Shown here piece after piece: positions 52,195 through 62,873 of a stretch of DNA of 64,000 nucleotides. The notes beneath the pieces were generated by a model. That model was not told the origin of the DNA. It did not search any database and was given only the letters and a program-made list of their open reading frames with translations. The stretch is from Nitrosopumilus sp. (GTDB taxonomy: Archaea; Thermoproteota; Nitrososphaeria; Nitrososphaerales; Nitrosopumilaceae). The stretch is from contig CBDBLX010000002.1 of the NCBI GenBank assembly GCA_965207445.1, positions 160,001 through 224,000 on the forward strand. The letters are read 5' to 3'. Positions within the stretch are counted from its first letter, which is position 1, and every line of letters starts with the position of its first letter. The translations under genes were made by a program, and so were the position numbers.

Positions 52195-52320
52195 GTTTGT
52201 TTGTGCTGGAATGATGATATAAATCGCTCATTTTTAATGGTCTTGGTTATCATCTTAATTTTCTCAACTGTTTTTAGACGCAAGAGTTTGTGACTTGGAT
52301 GTGCGCAAGATCATCTACTG

Positions 52321-52423
52321 TATTGTCAAACTTGCAAAAAGTTGTATAGTCCCTTGGGCAGCGTGTGTATATTTCCCCCAACCACGAGGTGGTATATTGT
52401 CAAACTTGCAAAAAGTCGTATAG
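52321..52423. repeat. 29-bp direct repeat x2 with 45-bp spacer
   Basis: TATTGTCAAACTTGCAAAAAGT(T/C)GTATAG at 52321-52349 and 52395-52423. Confidence 0.85.
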
Positions 52424-52461
52424 CGGCAAGAATTCTTATATTTCAAATACTGACATTGTAC

Positions 52462-53025
52462 ATGAAGACTAGGCATCTACAAGAGGGTGATGCTTCTTAC
52501 AAAGTCTATCTGTACATTTTTTATTTATGTGCTAGTATAATGCTGGCCTCATTTGTCTATGGTGTATACGTGACTATGATTGAATGGATGGAAAAAGACA
52601 CGTATGTCATGGGTGAGGCGATACATAATACTGCTATCCCATTTGAGAATTTTGCAAGAGTGTCGACATGGATATTCTTCTCTACTATAATAGGGTGGTA
52701 CTGTGTATCGAGAATCGGCTGGAAAAAGACTGCAGGTGACAAGATCACTGGAACCCGAATGGCTTTGTTGCAACTCATGTTGCTTGGATTTGCAATTATC
52801 ACACTGTATGAAGTACTGTACAATTTTACGGTATTGAATGCACAGATAACTGCTGGTGTTGTAAATGGGGTGGTTCCAGACATTGATCGTCTAATGGTAG
52901 CTTATCCAGATCCTGATAGGCCATGGAATCTGGTCTTTGCAACAAAGATATTTCTTGCATGTTTTATCATTAGCTCACACGCACTATATCTCAGCACAAA
53001 ACCAAGAAAGACACTTGAAGATTAA
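52462..53025 (+). CDS. Multi-pass membrane protein
   Basis: Four hydrophobic segments; start placed at MKTRH. Confidence 0.75.
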   Translation: MKTRHLQEGDASYKVYLYIFYLCASIMLASFVYGVYVTMIEWMEKDTYVMGEAIHNTAIPFENFARVSTWIFFSTIIGWYCVSRIGWKKTAGDKITGTRMALLQLMLLGFAIITLYEVLYNFTVLNAQITAGVVNGVVPDIDRLMVAYPDPDRPWNLVFATKIFLACFIISSHALYLSTKPRKTLED

Positions 53026-53079
53026 TTTTCATATTTTTTCCGTAGCTTTATACGTTTACATTCAATATTCAAACTAAAA

Positions 53080-54189
53080 TTGGACATTGAAGAAAAGATT
53101 AGATTAGTTGCCGCACCTCCCACACAGGAGATAGTCACAAAAGATGATCTACGAACAATCTTTGAGACAAATGATTCACCAAAACACTACATAGGACTTG
53201 AGATATCAGGATTTTTGCATCTAGGTAGTCTTTTGAGTGTAGGGTATAAGATTAATGACTTTACAAATGCTGGCATAAAGTGTACTGTATTTCTTGCAGA
53301 TTGGCATACCGTAATTAATGATAAATTGGGTGGAAGTTGGGATACAATATCAAAGGTCACAGAGTATTACAAGGATGCATTCAGACTAGTCTGTCCTGAT
53401 GCTACAATCAAACTTGGCACTGATCTGTACAAGGAAAAGACAGAATATTGGCAGAAACTAGTCTCATTTACAAAACACATGTCACTTGAGCGTACCAAAA
53501 GAGCGCTTACCATAATGGGACGCTCAGAAGATGAAAAAAATATTGGATTGGCAAGGTTGTTGTATCCTCCTATGCAAGCAGTGGATATACACTCACTTGA
53601 TGTTGATATCGCACATGCTGGAATGGACCAGCGTCGAATACACATGCTAGTCAGGGAGATCTTTCCAAAGATGGGCTGGAAGGTGCCAGTAGCTGTGCAC
53701 CACAAACTATTACCTGGGCTTGCAAGGCCTGTTACTGGTGAGAATCAAGATGGTGAGAAGCGGCTACAACAACAACAGCAGCAACAACAGCAACAACAAC
53801 GGCAACAGACAGTCGGCAAGATGAGTAAATCGGACCCTGACTCTAGTATATTCATGCATGACACGGACTCACAGATACAAAAAAAGATCAAAAAAGCATG
53901 GTGTGAGGAGGGTGAGACAGAAAAAAACCCCGTACTTGCAATTGCAAAAAATATCATATTTCACACACCAAATGAGATTACTATAGAACGACCAGAGAAA
54001 TTTGGTGGCAATGTATCATTTGATAATTATGAATCATTAGAGTCTGCTTTTGCAAACAACAGCTTGCACCCCGCAGACTTGAAGCGTGCAATAGGTGAGG
54101 AATTGACAAAGATTGTTGCACCCATACGTGACAAACTTGATCTCTCAGATGAGACAGCGCAAATCATTCAAAACAATCTCTCATCATAA
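53080..54189 (+). CDS. tyrS: Tyrosine--tRNA ligase
   Basis: YIGLEISGFLHLG, YPPMQAVDI, GMDQR, KMSKS, LHPADLK. Confidence 0.96.
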   Translation: MDIEEKIRLVAAPPTQEIVTKDDLRTIFETNDSPKHYIGLEISGFLHLGSLLSVGYKINDFTNAGIKCTVFLADWHTVINDKLGGSWDTISKVTEYYKDAFRLVCPDATIKLGTDLYKEKTEYWQKLVSFTKHMSLERTKRALTIMGRSEDEKNIGLARLLYPPMQAVDIHSLDVDIAHAGMDQRRIHMLVREIFPKMGWKVPVAVHHKLLPGLARPVTGENQDGEKRLQQQQQQQQQQQRQQTVGKMSKSDPDSSIFMHDTDSQIQKKIKKAWCEEGETEKNPVLAIAKNIIFHTPNEITIERPEKFGGNVSFDNYESLESAFANNSLHPADLKRAIGEELTKIVAPIRDKLDLSDETAQIIQNNLSS

Positions 54190-54342
54190 TTATATTTTGG
54201 TAAAAAACATTTTTGCCAATTGTAAAACATCACATATAATGTCACAATATATAATGTCACCTCATATTAACACCGCATATATTAACACCGCATACATTAA
54301 CATGATCGTTTGAATCCAAAACAATTTTAATATGATCAACTA

Positions 54343-55152
54343 TTACGAAGACAGTCTCGCACCTGTTCCCAACTGGTATTTTGATGTATAGCCGCGCGGA
54401 TTTATCATCAAATCTTTGTATGTGTATGTAGATGAGTTTCCTATTATGACCGTACTTATCATACCAAGGTTATCAGAATGATCCGTGAGATGCTCGAGGT
54501 CAGTCAAGACCACAGTTTGAGACTCTCTGAATGCCCCTTTAATTATTGCAACAGGCGTATTTGGTTTTCTATATTGTAATAGTATTTCACGTGTATCTTG
54601 TAGTTGGTGTATGCGTCGTTTGCTTGCCGGATTATATATCACAATTACAAAATCCCCCTGTGCTGCTGCCTCTACACGTTTTGTTATTATTTCCCATGGA
54701 ACCAACAGATCAGACATACTCAATACTGCAAAATCAGTCATCAACGGTGATCCGATTATAGATGCACACGAGTTTAGTGCAGAGACACCTGGAACTATCT
54801 CTACTTTTAGATCGTCACTATCTACTGTCGGATCCCATCCGGATTTTGCAAGAGTCTCATATATCAGACCTGCCATTCCATATATTCCCGGATCCCCACT
54901 TGAAACAAGTGAGACTGTCTTGCCGGATTTTGCAATGTCAATGCATTGTTGTGCGCGTTCTACTTCTTGTGTCATTGCATAACGATATACGGTCTTACCA
55001 TCTATGAGATCCTTTACTAGATTTACATACGTCTCATATCCTATTATGGTGTCACTTTGTGCAATTGCTTCTTTGGCTCGAAATGTCATATGATCGTGAT
55101 GCCCAGGCCCTACGCCTACGATAAATAGTGTGCCACCCATATGTGAATTCAA
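54343..55152 (-). CDS. cbiH: Precorrin-3B C17-methyltransferase
   Basis: VGVGPG, SSGDPGIYGMAG, SDLLVPW, YNPASK, PRGY. Confidence 0.92.
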   Translation of the reverse strand: MNSHMGGTLFIVGVGPGHHDHMTFRAKEAIAQSDTIIGYETYVNLVKDLIDGKTVYRYAMTQEVERAQQCIDIAKSGKTVSLVSSGDPGIYGMAGLIYETLAKSGWDPTVDSDDLKVEIVPGVSALNSCASIIGSPLMTDFAVLSMSDLLVPWEIITKRVEAAAQGDFVIVIYNPASKRRIHQLQDTREILLQYRKPNTPVAIIKGAFRESQTVVLTDLEHLTDHSDNLGMISTVIIGNSSTYTYKDLMINPRGYTSKYQLGTGARLSS

Positions 55153-55299
55153 GTAGATTGTAATTTATCCGTAGCTACATCATCTTTGATGATTGTGTTT
55201 AAACTACTCGTTAGATTGAACAGTTACGTGTGTTTTTTTGTATAATATTATCATTTAAGTGTATGAATTTGATCTATTTACTTTATCTGTCAGTTGAAT

Positions 55300-56853
55300 T
55301 TATTGAAACGGATCAACAAGAGGCGCATTAATTACATAATAACTATTTGTTGGTCTTGCCAAACCTGCAGTCAACATGTCTTTTTTGGCAAACAATTCGA
55401 TATCTTGTATATTCTCTAAAATTTTTGCATCTGATGCGGGTTTGTTCCATTCTACAGAGTTAATACGCCACATTGGTGTATAATTATCATCACCAGGCAC
55501 TGCTCCAAATATGGCAGGTTGAAATCCTACAGACCCAGAACCAATTATCCCGTTTTCAAATATGTACATATCTGATGCTCCTGAGTGATCCACCAAACTA
55601 GCGTATGTTGGTATGAACTCTACTCCTATAATATCTGCAGGACGTTGTGGTGTTGCACCAGTGACTATATGATATGTTGTTTGCCCATCCGGACCCCAAC
55701 TTCTATGCGCCACAAATGTCACAGTCATATTCTCTGTATCTACATGTGTAATCTGACCACTACCATATGGCATATCATCTACAAATTCTGCATCAGTACG
55801 TAAAAGATTACTGTCATCTGATGATGGGATCTGAGGCATATTTGCTATTATGATATTATCTTGCTCATCATCATCATCATGTGTTGCAAACGTTATTCGC
55901 CCTGCATCTTTTGTTCTAATGATCTCATCGGCGCTCTCAAGTACAATATGGTTTTGACCAGGCCTCCAACTCACTTCGATGACCTCACTTAATGCACTGT
56001 ATGTATCGTCATTTGGTGTGGATGAGAATACTTCTAGTTGATAACCATACAGCCCGTCACCCTTGATACCATTTGTAAATACGTACACTTGTTGTAGTGC
56101 CACCTCTGGCAACGTAGATGATAAACTCGGAGCATGTGACACATTCCATCTCTGTGCCTCTGATATTGTTGATACATAATCCTCATCATTGGCATCTGTT
56201 ATGATGTATAATAGAGACTCTCCATTATACATGCCCTTGTGCATTGGGATCACTGCTGGAACACTTGCGTGTGCGAGTGCAAGACTTGGTTCTTTTTTTG
56301 GCGATATGTCAGATTTGATAGTCTGCATTGCTACAGGTGTGGGTTCACCTCTTACCCATGCATCTACACTCATTGTGGCAACAAACTCTTGTGTCGAATA
56401 CAAAGCAACGGCTGCTCCTGTAAAGTCTATCACACCAGAGTTGCTATTATTGTTCTGGGAACTGATTACAGATGCGGCGTACTTTGTCTGATTATCCACT
56501 GTCCATATGGGCAGTGTTGTATTTGCAGCCTCTGTGATGCCATCTTGTGTCATTGCATGTAATACTAGTACGTCAGTTGGAACATCTGATACAAATGTCA
56601 TTGAACCATCATATATTGTATCCTTGTTAGGTGACAGTACAAATGCAATGTGGTGTGTACCTGTACCTGCTATACTCGGGTCAGATATTGATGATACGGT
56701 CTGAGTAAAATGAATTTTTTTCTTAATATTGGCATCTGCAAACTGTTCAGTATCCAAACCCGGTATTATGATAAATATAGACATAATGATACCTATTGAT
56801 GCTATTGCTAGTATGATGCCTATTGATGAACTCTTTTTTTTACTTGCGCTCAA
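55300..56853 (-). CDS. Membrane-anchored conserved thaumarchaeal protein with two repeated domains
   Basis: N-terminal TM; repeated YIITD...Y.F.NG..G.G..G.Q..VF...P...Y. Confidence 0.7.
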   Translation of the reverse strand: MSASKKKSSSIGIILAIASIGIIMSIFIIIPGLDTEQFADANIKKKIHFTQTVSSISDPSIAGTGTHHIAFVLSPNKDTIYDGSMTFVSDVPTDVLVLHAMTQDGITEAANTTLPIWTVDNQTKYAASVISSQNNNSNSGVIDFTGAAVALYSTQEFVATMSVDAWVRGEPTPVAMQTIKSDISPKKEPSLALAHASVPAVIPMHKGMYNGESLLYIITDANDEDYVSTISEAQRWNVSHAPSLSSTLPEVALQQVYVFTNGIKGDGLYGYQLEVFSSTPNDDTYSALSEVIEVSWRPGQNHIVLESADEIIRTKDAGRITFATHDDDDEQDNIIIANMPQIPSSDDSNLLRTDAEFVDDMPYGSGQITHVDTENMTVTFVAHRSWGPDGQTTYHIVTGATPQRPADIIGVEFIPTYASLVDHSGASDMYIFENGIIGSGSVGFQPAIFGAVPGDDNYTPMWRINSVEWNKPASDAKILENIQDIELFAKKDMLTAGLARPTNSYYVINAPLVDPFQ

Positions 56854-56894
56854 TGTACGGCTTTAAGATTGTTCCTTTAAATTATTTTGGAAAT

Positions 56895-58337
56895 CTACTT
56901 TTTTGCTTCTTTACCAAGATCAAACACACTATGTATTGCCCGCGCAGCATTATCAGCATCTGAATTTCGTACAACCCATGCTAGATTAAGCTCAGATGAG
57001 CCCTGTGTTATCATTACCACATTGATATTCGCTGACCCCATAGCATCAAATACCTTTGAGGCAACACCTGCTGTACCACGCATCCCGGACCCAATCAATG
57101 CTACGATGGTCATATCAACTGTGACGTCAAGTTTCTTGATTATACTGCCTAATAGTCGTAACTCTAGCGCATTTACAGCTCTGTCAATATCTGCATTCTT
57201 AACTACTATAGTAATACTTGACTCTGATGGGTTTTGTGATATCATCATTACATTGACCTCTGCATTTGCTAGTGTGGTGAATATTTTAGCTGCTGTACCC
57301 GGCATCCCTACCATACTTGCACCATGTATGTCGATCAGACCGTTTCCTCTTATGCGACTAACACACTTTACTGTATCTTTTACCATCTCAGGTGGGGATG
57401 CTGTTACGAGTGTACCGTCATCTGTAATGTTTTGTGAGTTACGTATGCGCATTGGAATTTCTTTTAAAAGTACGGGCTCAAATGTTCTTGGATGTATCTG
57501 CTTTGCGCCAAAGAGCGCCATCTCGACTGCTTCGGCATATGAGACGTGTCTGAGAATCTTTGCATCTTTTACTATGTTAGGATCAGCAGTTACAAGTCCA
57601 TCCACTATACCCATTAACCATATCTCATCAGCATGCAAACAAGCGCCTATTATTGTTGCAGTATAGTCAGAACCACCTCTCCCAAGTGTGGTGAGACGTC
57701 CGTGTTGATCAGAGCCTACAAAGCCTCCTACTATGGGAATTTTATTATTATCTGCAAGTATGGCATTGATGGTCTTTGCAACGCGCAACTTTGTAGTATC
57801 CATGAGTGGTTTTGCCTCACCAAACTTTGAATCTGTTAATATTCCAACTTCTTTTCCTGTAAGTGGTACTGTCTTTTTATTATGGTCAGATATAGCACCC
57901 GCAACTAGTCTAATCGAGAGACGCTCACCAAATGACAATACATAATCCATCATACTACTTGTGAACTCACCTAATAACACCATACTATCTATAAGTGCCA
58001 TTAGTTCATCAGAGTCAGACTCTATCTCAGATATGACTTTATTTTGTAGTGACTGTTTTTTGTTTATTATCTGTCTTGCAAGGCGTTTGTGCCTGTCGAT
58101 CATTATCTTTGCAAAACGTCTTGCTATCTTTTTGTTGCCTGTTTTAACAGCTCTTGTGATATTGATCAACTCATCTGTAGTGCCTTTGGTAGCTGAACAT
58201 ACTACCACAAGACGATTCTCTTTTACTAGTGTGACTATATGACTTGCAATATTTTTCATACTATTTGCAGATGCAAGAGATTCACCATCGTACTTTATAA
58301 TTAATAATGGCTGTTTTTGCTGTTTGTGTTGTACCAT
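56895..58337 (-). CDS. lysC: Aspartate kinase with ACT domains
   Basis: VVVCSA, SFGERLS, TTLGRGGSDYTA, TADP, two ACT domains. Confidence 0.93.
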   Translation of the reverse strand: MVQHKQQKQPLLIIKYDGESLASANSMKNIASHIVTLVKENRLVVVCSATKGTTDELINITRAVKTGNKKIARRFAKIMIDRHKRLARQIINKKQSLQNKVISEIESDSDELMALIDSMVLLGEFTSSMMDYVLSFGERLSIRLVAGAISDHNKKTVPLTGKEVGILTDSKFGEAKPLMDTTKLRVAKTINAILADNNKIPIVGGFVGSDQHGRLTTLGRGGSDYTATIIGACLHADEIWLMGIVDGLVTADPNIVKDAKILRHVSYAEAVEMALFGAKQIHPRTFEPVLLKEIPMRIRNSQNITDDGTLVTASPPEMVKDTVKCVSRIRGNGLIDIHGASMVGMPGTAAKIFTTLANAEVNVMMISQNPSESSITIVVKNADIDRAVNALELRLLGSIIKKLDVTVDMTIVALIGSGMRGTAGVASKVFDAMGSANINVVMITQGSSELNLAWVVRNSDADNAARAIHSVFDLGKEAKK

Positions 58338-58366
58338 GTCAACATCGACACCACAAAGTCTTAATT

Positions 58367-59152
58367 TTAACTCTCTACTCGTGGAGCCAGATAAAAGTGA
58401 ATTCTACCTATATTTGCAATCTTACATTCTAGTCTGAGTGGCTTTGCAGATGAAAACTCACATGTGACGCGTGCAGTAGCGGACCCGACTGCTTTTATCA
58501 GAGGATTCAAGTATTCTAATGAGTATGTACCTGTACTCTCTGTAGTGGTCTCAACATCTTCGATTATATTTTGCGACTCATTCTCATTATCACTACCTGT
58601 ATCACGTGTACCACTCACGGCCAGATCTATCTTTACCTCACCAGAGTCACCTTTTCCTGAAAATGATACTAGTTCACTTGAGACATCAATCGTCAAATAT
58701 TCAGATACTACTTGCACGTCGCCGAGCACTTTTTCAAACTTTGTGGTGGGTACTATGATCTTCGTCGTGTATGGTACTTTGGGTAGAGGAGTATCAGTTG
58801 CTGAACTCTCAATTAATCTTATTTTATACTTTTTATTTTTACCAACCGTAACCAACAGTTTGTTGTCATCTGAGATCCCAATGTCGATGCTGTCTTTTTT
58901 GTCTGCACGTTTGATTATTTTGGCAAATTCATCTATACGAACTCCAAACTTTACGTCGCTGTCACACTCGTATTTCTCAAAAGCAGAATTAGGCCATGAA
59001 ATATCAATTAATGCCACGTGTGATGGATCCATTCCGCGAAATGTGATACCTTCTGCTGTTGCATCAAATGTGGCCTCTTCGACTAGAGTAGATATCGCAG
59101 ATATGATGGTCTTTAGGTCATCTGAACCACTAGTTTTAGCAATAAACGTCAA
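58367..59152 (-). CDS. pcn: DNA polymerase sliding clamp PCNA
   Basis: GMDPSHVALI, YSLEYL, PLRL...FYLAPRVE. Confidence 0.96.
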   Translation of the reverse strand: MTFIAKTSGSDDLKTIISAISTLVEEATFDATAEGITFRGMDPSHVALIDISWPNSAFEKYECDSDVKFGVRIDEFAKIIKRADKKDSIDIGISDDNKLLVTVGKNKKYKIRLIESSATDTPLPKVPYTTKIIVPTTKFEKVLGDVQVVSEYLTIDVSSELVSFSGKGDSGEVKIDLAVSGTRDTGSDNENESQNIIEDVETTTESTGTYSLEYLNPLIKAVGSATARVTCEFSSAKPLRLECKIANIGRIHFYLAPRVES

Positions 59153-59204
59153 GTCATTTTAGGTGTACTTGTGCTATTTTAAAAGTGTACGTGTGTTGTT
59201 AGTG

Positions 59205-59282
59205 GGAACCACTCAACCTCGTATATGCGTCAGACGTTAGTCGACAAATCTATGTCTAAATCTGAAGGAGTTGAGCGGTTTT
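59205..59282 (+). mobile_element. Degenerate MITE-B copy
   Basis: GGAACCACTCAACCTC...CAGACGTTAG...GAGTTGAGCGGTT. Confidence 0.65.
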
Positions 59283-59680
59283 GCTAGTATGTTGTATAAT
59301 TCTTCGATCATACCAAATAGAGTCAGATATGGCGCGGCGTGTATGGGTAGTTTTGTAGCAGATTTAGAGATAAAAGGCATCTCAGACAATAGATGAATGT
59401 TTGATTCGTGGTAATTCTAATTGAAATACTCTCCCCCTCCTACACACACCCAACTGCAACTTAAATAGATTAATTAAAATATGAAAAAACATAATTATTA
59501 CAAAACCTAAAAATCTAAATTATTTTATTTATTTATATTCAAATTTTAAATGAATATATCAATCAGGAAGGTTGGCTCACACAAATGCACGCTTCATTGC
59601 CTCTGAGTCACTCACAAAAGGCATGCTGCAAACCAGAGTCAATTATAATATAACAAAAGATATAGATCCATAGGAATAAC

Positions 59681-59869
59681 ATGCAAAACAAATCCGAAAC
59701 AATTGCAGTCGCGCCGCTGGTGGGTGTCACCTTGGCGTCACTTGCGACAACAAGCATTGTTGAAGACACGATGGCAGAGAAAGAGGCAACACTGCCAGGT
59801 GACCTTCCACACCCGGACGCAGAAAAGATCACGGACCGGGACATGGACATAATTACAGTCTTAAACTAA
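59681..59869 (+). pseudogene. Probable 5' remnant of a secreted protein
   Basis: Signal-like N-terminus, early stop, higher GC than surroundings. Confidence 0.4.
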
Positions 59870-59921
59870 ATCTGCAACAGACTCTCTTTTCTTATGTATA
59901 CAAATAATACGGTGACCGAGC

Positions 59922-60122
59922 ATGGACAAGTTGTTTTTCAGAATAAGCATCATTGTAGTCGGCCTCTTGATCGTACTGGTTGTGATAATACCCATGTATG
60001 CATACAGGAACCCACAGAATCCGTTTTCTGATTTGTATATGTGCATCATGGGGTTTGATCCTCCCGATCAGAGGGGGTTGTCATACGTCGAACACCGGTC
60101 GATGCCCCCGTTGTGTCCCTGA
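59922..60122 (+). CDS. Small membrane-anchored protein with a Cys pair
   Basis: N-terminal TM; YMC...PPLCP. Confidence 0.5.
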   Translation: MDKLFFRISIIVVGLLIVLVVIIPMYAYRNPQNPFSDLYMCIMGFDPPDQRGLSYVEHRSMPPLCP

Positions 60123-60522
60123 CTGATCCGGATGTTTGTGGCCCATGCACAGAATAACGGGAATTCTACCCGTTGACATCTCCGTTTTATACGGCCAGCC
60201 GCATCCGGGCGGTAATGAACACGAGCACAAGAGCATGAGTGGGACTGCTTTTGACATACGGATTGCTACCGGCATGTCTGTAGTCTACAATGTGCCCAAT
60301 TTCAATGATCTTATTTTTAATTATACAGTATGGCACATTTACTATGGCAAGTAACTACCATGTCAGTAGTTCGCAGACTGCGCAGTAGATGTCTTTTTTG
60401 TACCATACTTGTGTATCAGGCCCCCCCTCTCTGCGGTTTGTCTTGTATCCTGTATTGTGTTTGGATACTGTCCTCTTTTGAGGATGGTATCACATGTCCC
60501 AGTACGCAATAGTCACACTTTT

Positions 60523-60670
60523 GTGTGAACCAAGCTCATTGAACATAATAATAAAATCACATACTTGTATTTGGTTATATTCCTGTCTGTATATCAAGTA
60601 TCGTGCATGTGATGCATTTGGCTAGGAGTTATTTTGAATGATCATATCAATTATGGATCTTGGTTCACAC
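60523..60670 (+). mobile_element. MITE-C copy 4
   Basis: GTGTGAACCAAG...CTTGGTTCACAC. Confidence 0.9.
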
Positions 60671-60836
60671 TATTTTTGCAATGCCGTATTGTTAAAGCGT
60701 AGATTAACAAATTTGATTAACAAATTATACAACATGTTATGTATTGCTGTAACGGCAGTTGTGTTTAAACAAGACAAAATGTTTTTTATCTGTTGTGATT
60801 AAAAATATCAAATAATGTGTAAGTGATTGATCATAG

Positions 60837-61166
60837 TTAGGCATAGTTGCGCCAAGTGTACCCACATTTTGTGCATCGATAAAACTGCGTAGTAGGCTCG
60901 TCTGCACTTCTAGTCTGAAGCATCCACCATACGGCCTCGTCATGCCCACATTTTTCACACTCTATTTTGATGGTAGGGCGTGTCTCATCTTGATCTTCTT
61001 CACTGAACACCTCAAAGGCTTTTTCAGGATTTGTCGTTTTTTGCGCAATGTCTGATTTTGCACTTTTCTCAGAACTATTATCACTCTCAATATAATTACA
61101 CTTTGGGCATTTGTGACCATCTATATCCTTTTTTAGTTTTTGATCACACTTTGGGCAGAATTTCAA
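60837..61166 (-). CDS. tfs: Transcription factor S (RpoM-like)
   Basis: MKFCPKC; CEKC...QTRSADEPTTQFYRCTKC. Confidence 0.95.
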   Translation of the reverse strand: MKFCPKCDQKLKKDIDGHKCPKCNYIESDNSSEKSAKSDIAQKTTNPEKAFEVFSEEDQDETRPTIKIECEKCGHDEAVWWMLQTRSADEPTTQFYRCTKCGYTWRNYA

Positions 61167-61167
61167 T

Positions 61168-61446
61168 TTATTCTACCTTGATTGCTGCATTGATGGTCTC
61201 TTTAAGATCTTGTGCAGTCTTTATGGCTGCATCTGTTGCCTTTTGAATCTCATTTGTTGGTGTTGAAGAAGAGTTGACCTTCATCCAACATTCATTTGTA
61301 AGTGGATGTTTTACTATAACTCCTGCAAAATTAGTGCTATTTGCCTTTAAGAGTTCATGTTGAACTATATATAAAATTCCAATATCAGTTTCGGTGATTG
61401 ATATGTTTATCTCTTTAGGCTCTGAGTTAATTACTGTAGCTTTCAT
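61168..61446 (-). CDS. rpoL: RNA polymerase subunit Rpo11 (L)
   Basis: FAG...KHPL; adjacent to tfs. Confidence 0.8.
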   Translation of the reverse strand: MKATVINSEPKEINISITETDIGILYIVQHELLKANSTNFAGVIVKHPLTNECWMKVNSSSTPTNEIQKATDAAIKTAQDLKETINAAIKVE

Positions 61447-62136
61447 GTGATTTTGTGAATTTCTATATTGATATAAATCAATAGAAGTTGATTTTTTTTA
61501 TAATGCCAACTGTCCTATTTATTTAATATATTCATATTTTATACACAATGTTAATAAAAATTTTACAAGGTGACATTACGTATTGTATTAACTTTACATT
61601 AATTATACCATATGAATATTTAATATACTATAAAACCTGATCAATTACTATGGTAATTTTTTATTATTTTACATCAACTAATTTTTAAGACGTTTAATCC
61701 CCTAATTCAGATTAATTTTTTGTGCATATACAACGCGATAAAAAATACCTCTGCAAAAGTAGCATGGGTTGTAATATGTGGTATGGGTAAATGGAGAATG
61801 CCTATCGAGAATGCGTGCACGGGAGCATGCTGTTATGTATGGTTGTATATCATACGATATATGATGCGCTCTGAGCCCTTTTTTCCACCTACATATGTGA
61901 TGATAATAGTATGACGACTTGTTGGCGACTCTTATCTGTCCTCAATGGATTTCATTAACTTTTAGATGTCGTCTAGTCTGGTGTGTCTGTGAGTTGAATT
62001 GATGCTGTAGGGGCAGGATGCATAGATAACTTGTCTGCAATTAACATAACAATGCTCAAAATATTTTTGATGTAATATGTTGATTTTGGCAACAACTCTA
62101 CACACATAAACAGGATGTGGCGCATCATCGATTGAA

Positions 62137-62685
62137 TTGGCAGAAAGTAGGTTTTCAGAACTAACACTTAGTGCACCAAAAACAGAGTACACGCGTAATG
62201 AAAACATTGAGATTACAGTAAAGTTCTCAATAACGGGTGGACTCAGAGACGCATTTAATGAGGTCAATTGGACAAAATCTTACGAGGCAAATGATGTCTC
62301 TTTCAAGTTAAAGTACGGTGCAAAAATTTCAACAGGAGGCTTTAGGAAAAAAGCTATTGGGAGACCTGTTGAGACATATCGCAAGGCATCTATATTTTGG
62401 ACTAGAAATCCAAAGTTGGTAAATCCGATGAAGGACAAGAGAATATGGGTCCAAGTTGCAAAGAACTTTATGCCATACATCAAACTAACAGAGGAGGAAG
62501 TTTGCAGTGAACTCTTTGACTTTACAGAGGTATTTGTAATAAAACCTTCCGAGTTGGGGGACGATGCTGGTACTTACAAACTAGGTGCTAGTGTACATGC
62601 ATCATGGCAAAAGCACAATTATACTGAATCAGGTAACATTAAACATGATGTTGATAATGGTGTTGAGATTACCCTCATTAATTAG
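62137..62685 (+). CDS. Conserved hypothetical protein
   Basis: 182-aa ORF with normal composition. Confidence 0.7.
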   Translation: MAESRFSELTLSAPKTEYTRNENIEITVKFSITGGLRDAFNEVNWTKSYEANDVSFKLKYGAKISTGGFRKKAIGRPVETYRKASIFWTRNPKLVNPMKDKRIWVQVAKNFMPYIKLTEEEVCSELFDFTEVFVIKPSELGDDAGTYKLGASVHASWQKHNYTESGNIKHDVDNGVEITLIN

Positions 62686-62715
62686 GGATATAAAGAACTA
62701 GGTGTACTTGCACAT

Positions 62716-62868
62716 ATGGCAAAATACGATGGACTGTTGGGACAACCAGTATTAGAGGTGGAAGAACCAGATAAAGAGGGTGGTATTACATTCATATTCA
62801 AAGATAATCGTTTTCTATTCATAAAAGCAATAGATGGAAAGATTGAAACCGTCTCAATACCAGAGTGA
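62716..62868 (+). CDS. 50-aa microprotein
   Basis: MAKYDGLLGQPVLEVEEPDKEGGITFIFKDNRFLFIKAIDGKIETVSIPE; paralogue immediately downstream. Confidence 0.75.
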   Translation: MAKYDGLLGQPVLEVEEPDKEGGITFIFKDNRFLFIKAIDGKIETVSIPE

Positions 62869-62873
62869 TTATA

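Noticed and set aside
52321..52423. CRISPR array
   Set aside because: Only two repeats, no cas genes and no leader evident.
54230..54303. Short tandem repeats (ATTAACACCGCAT) in intergenic DNA
   Set aside because: Two to three units; consistent with the general slippage background, with no evidence of function.
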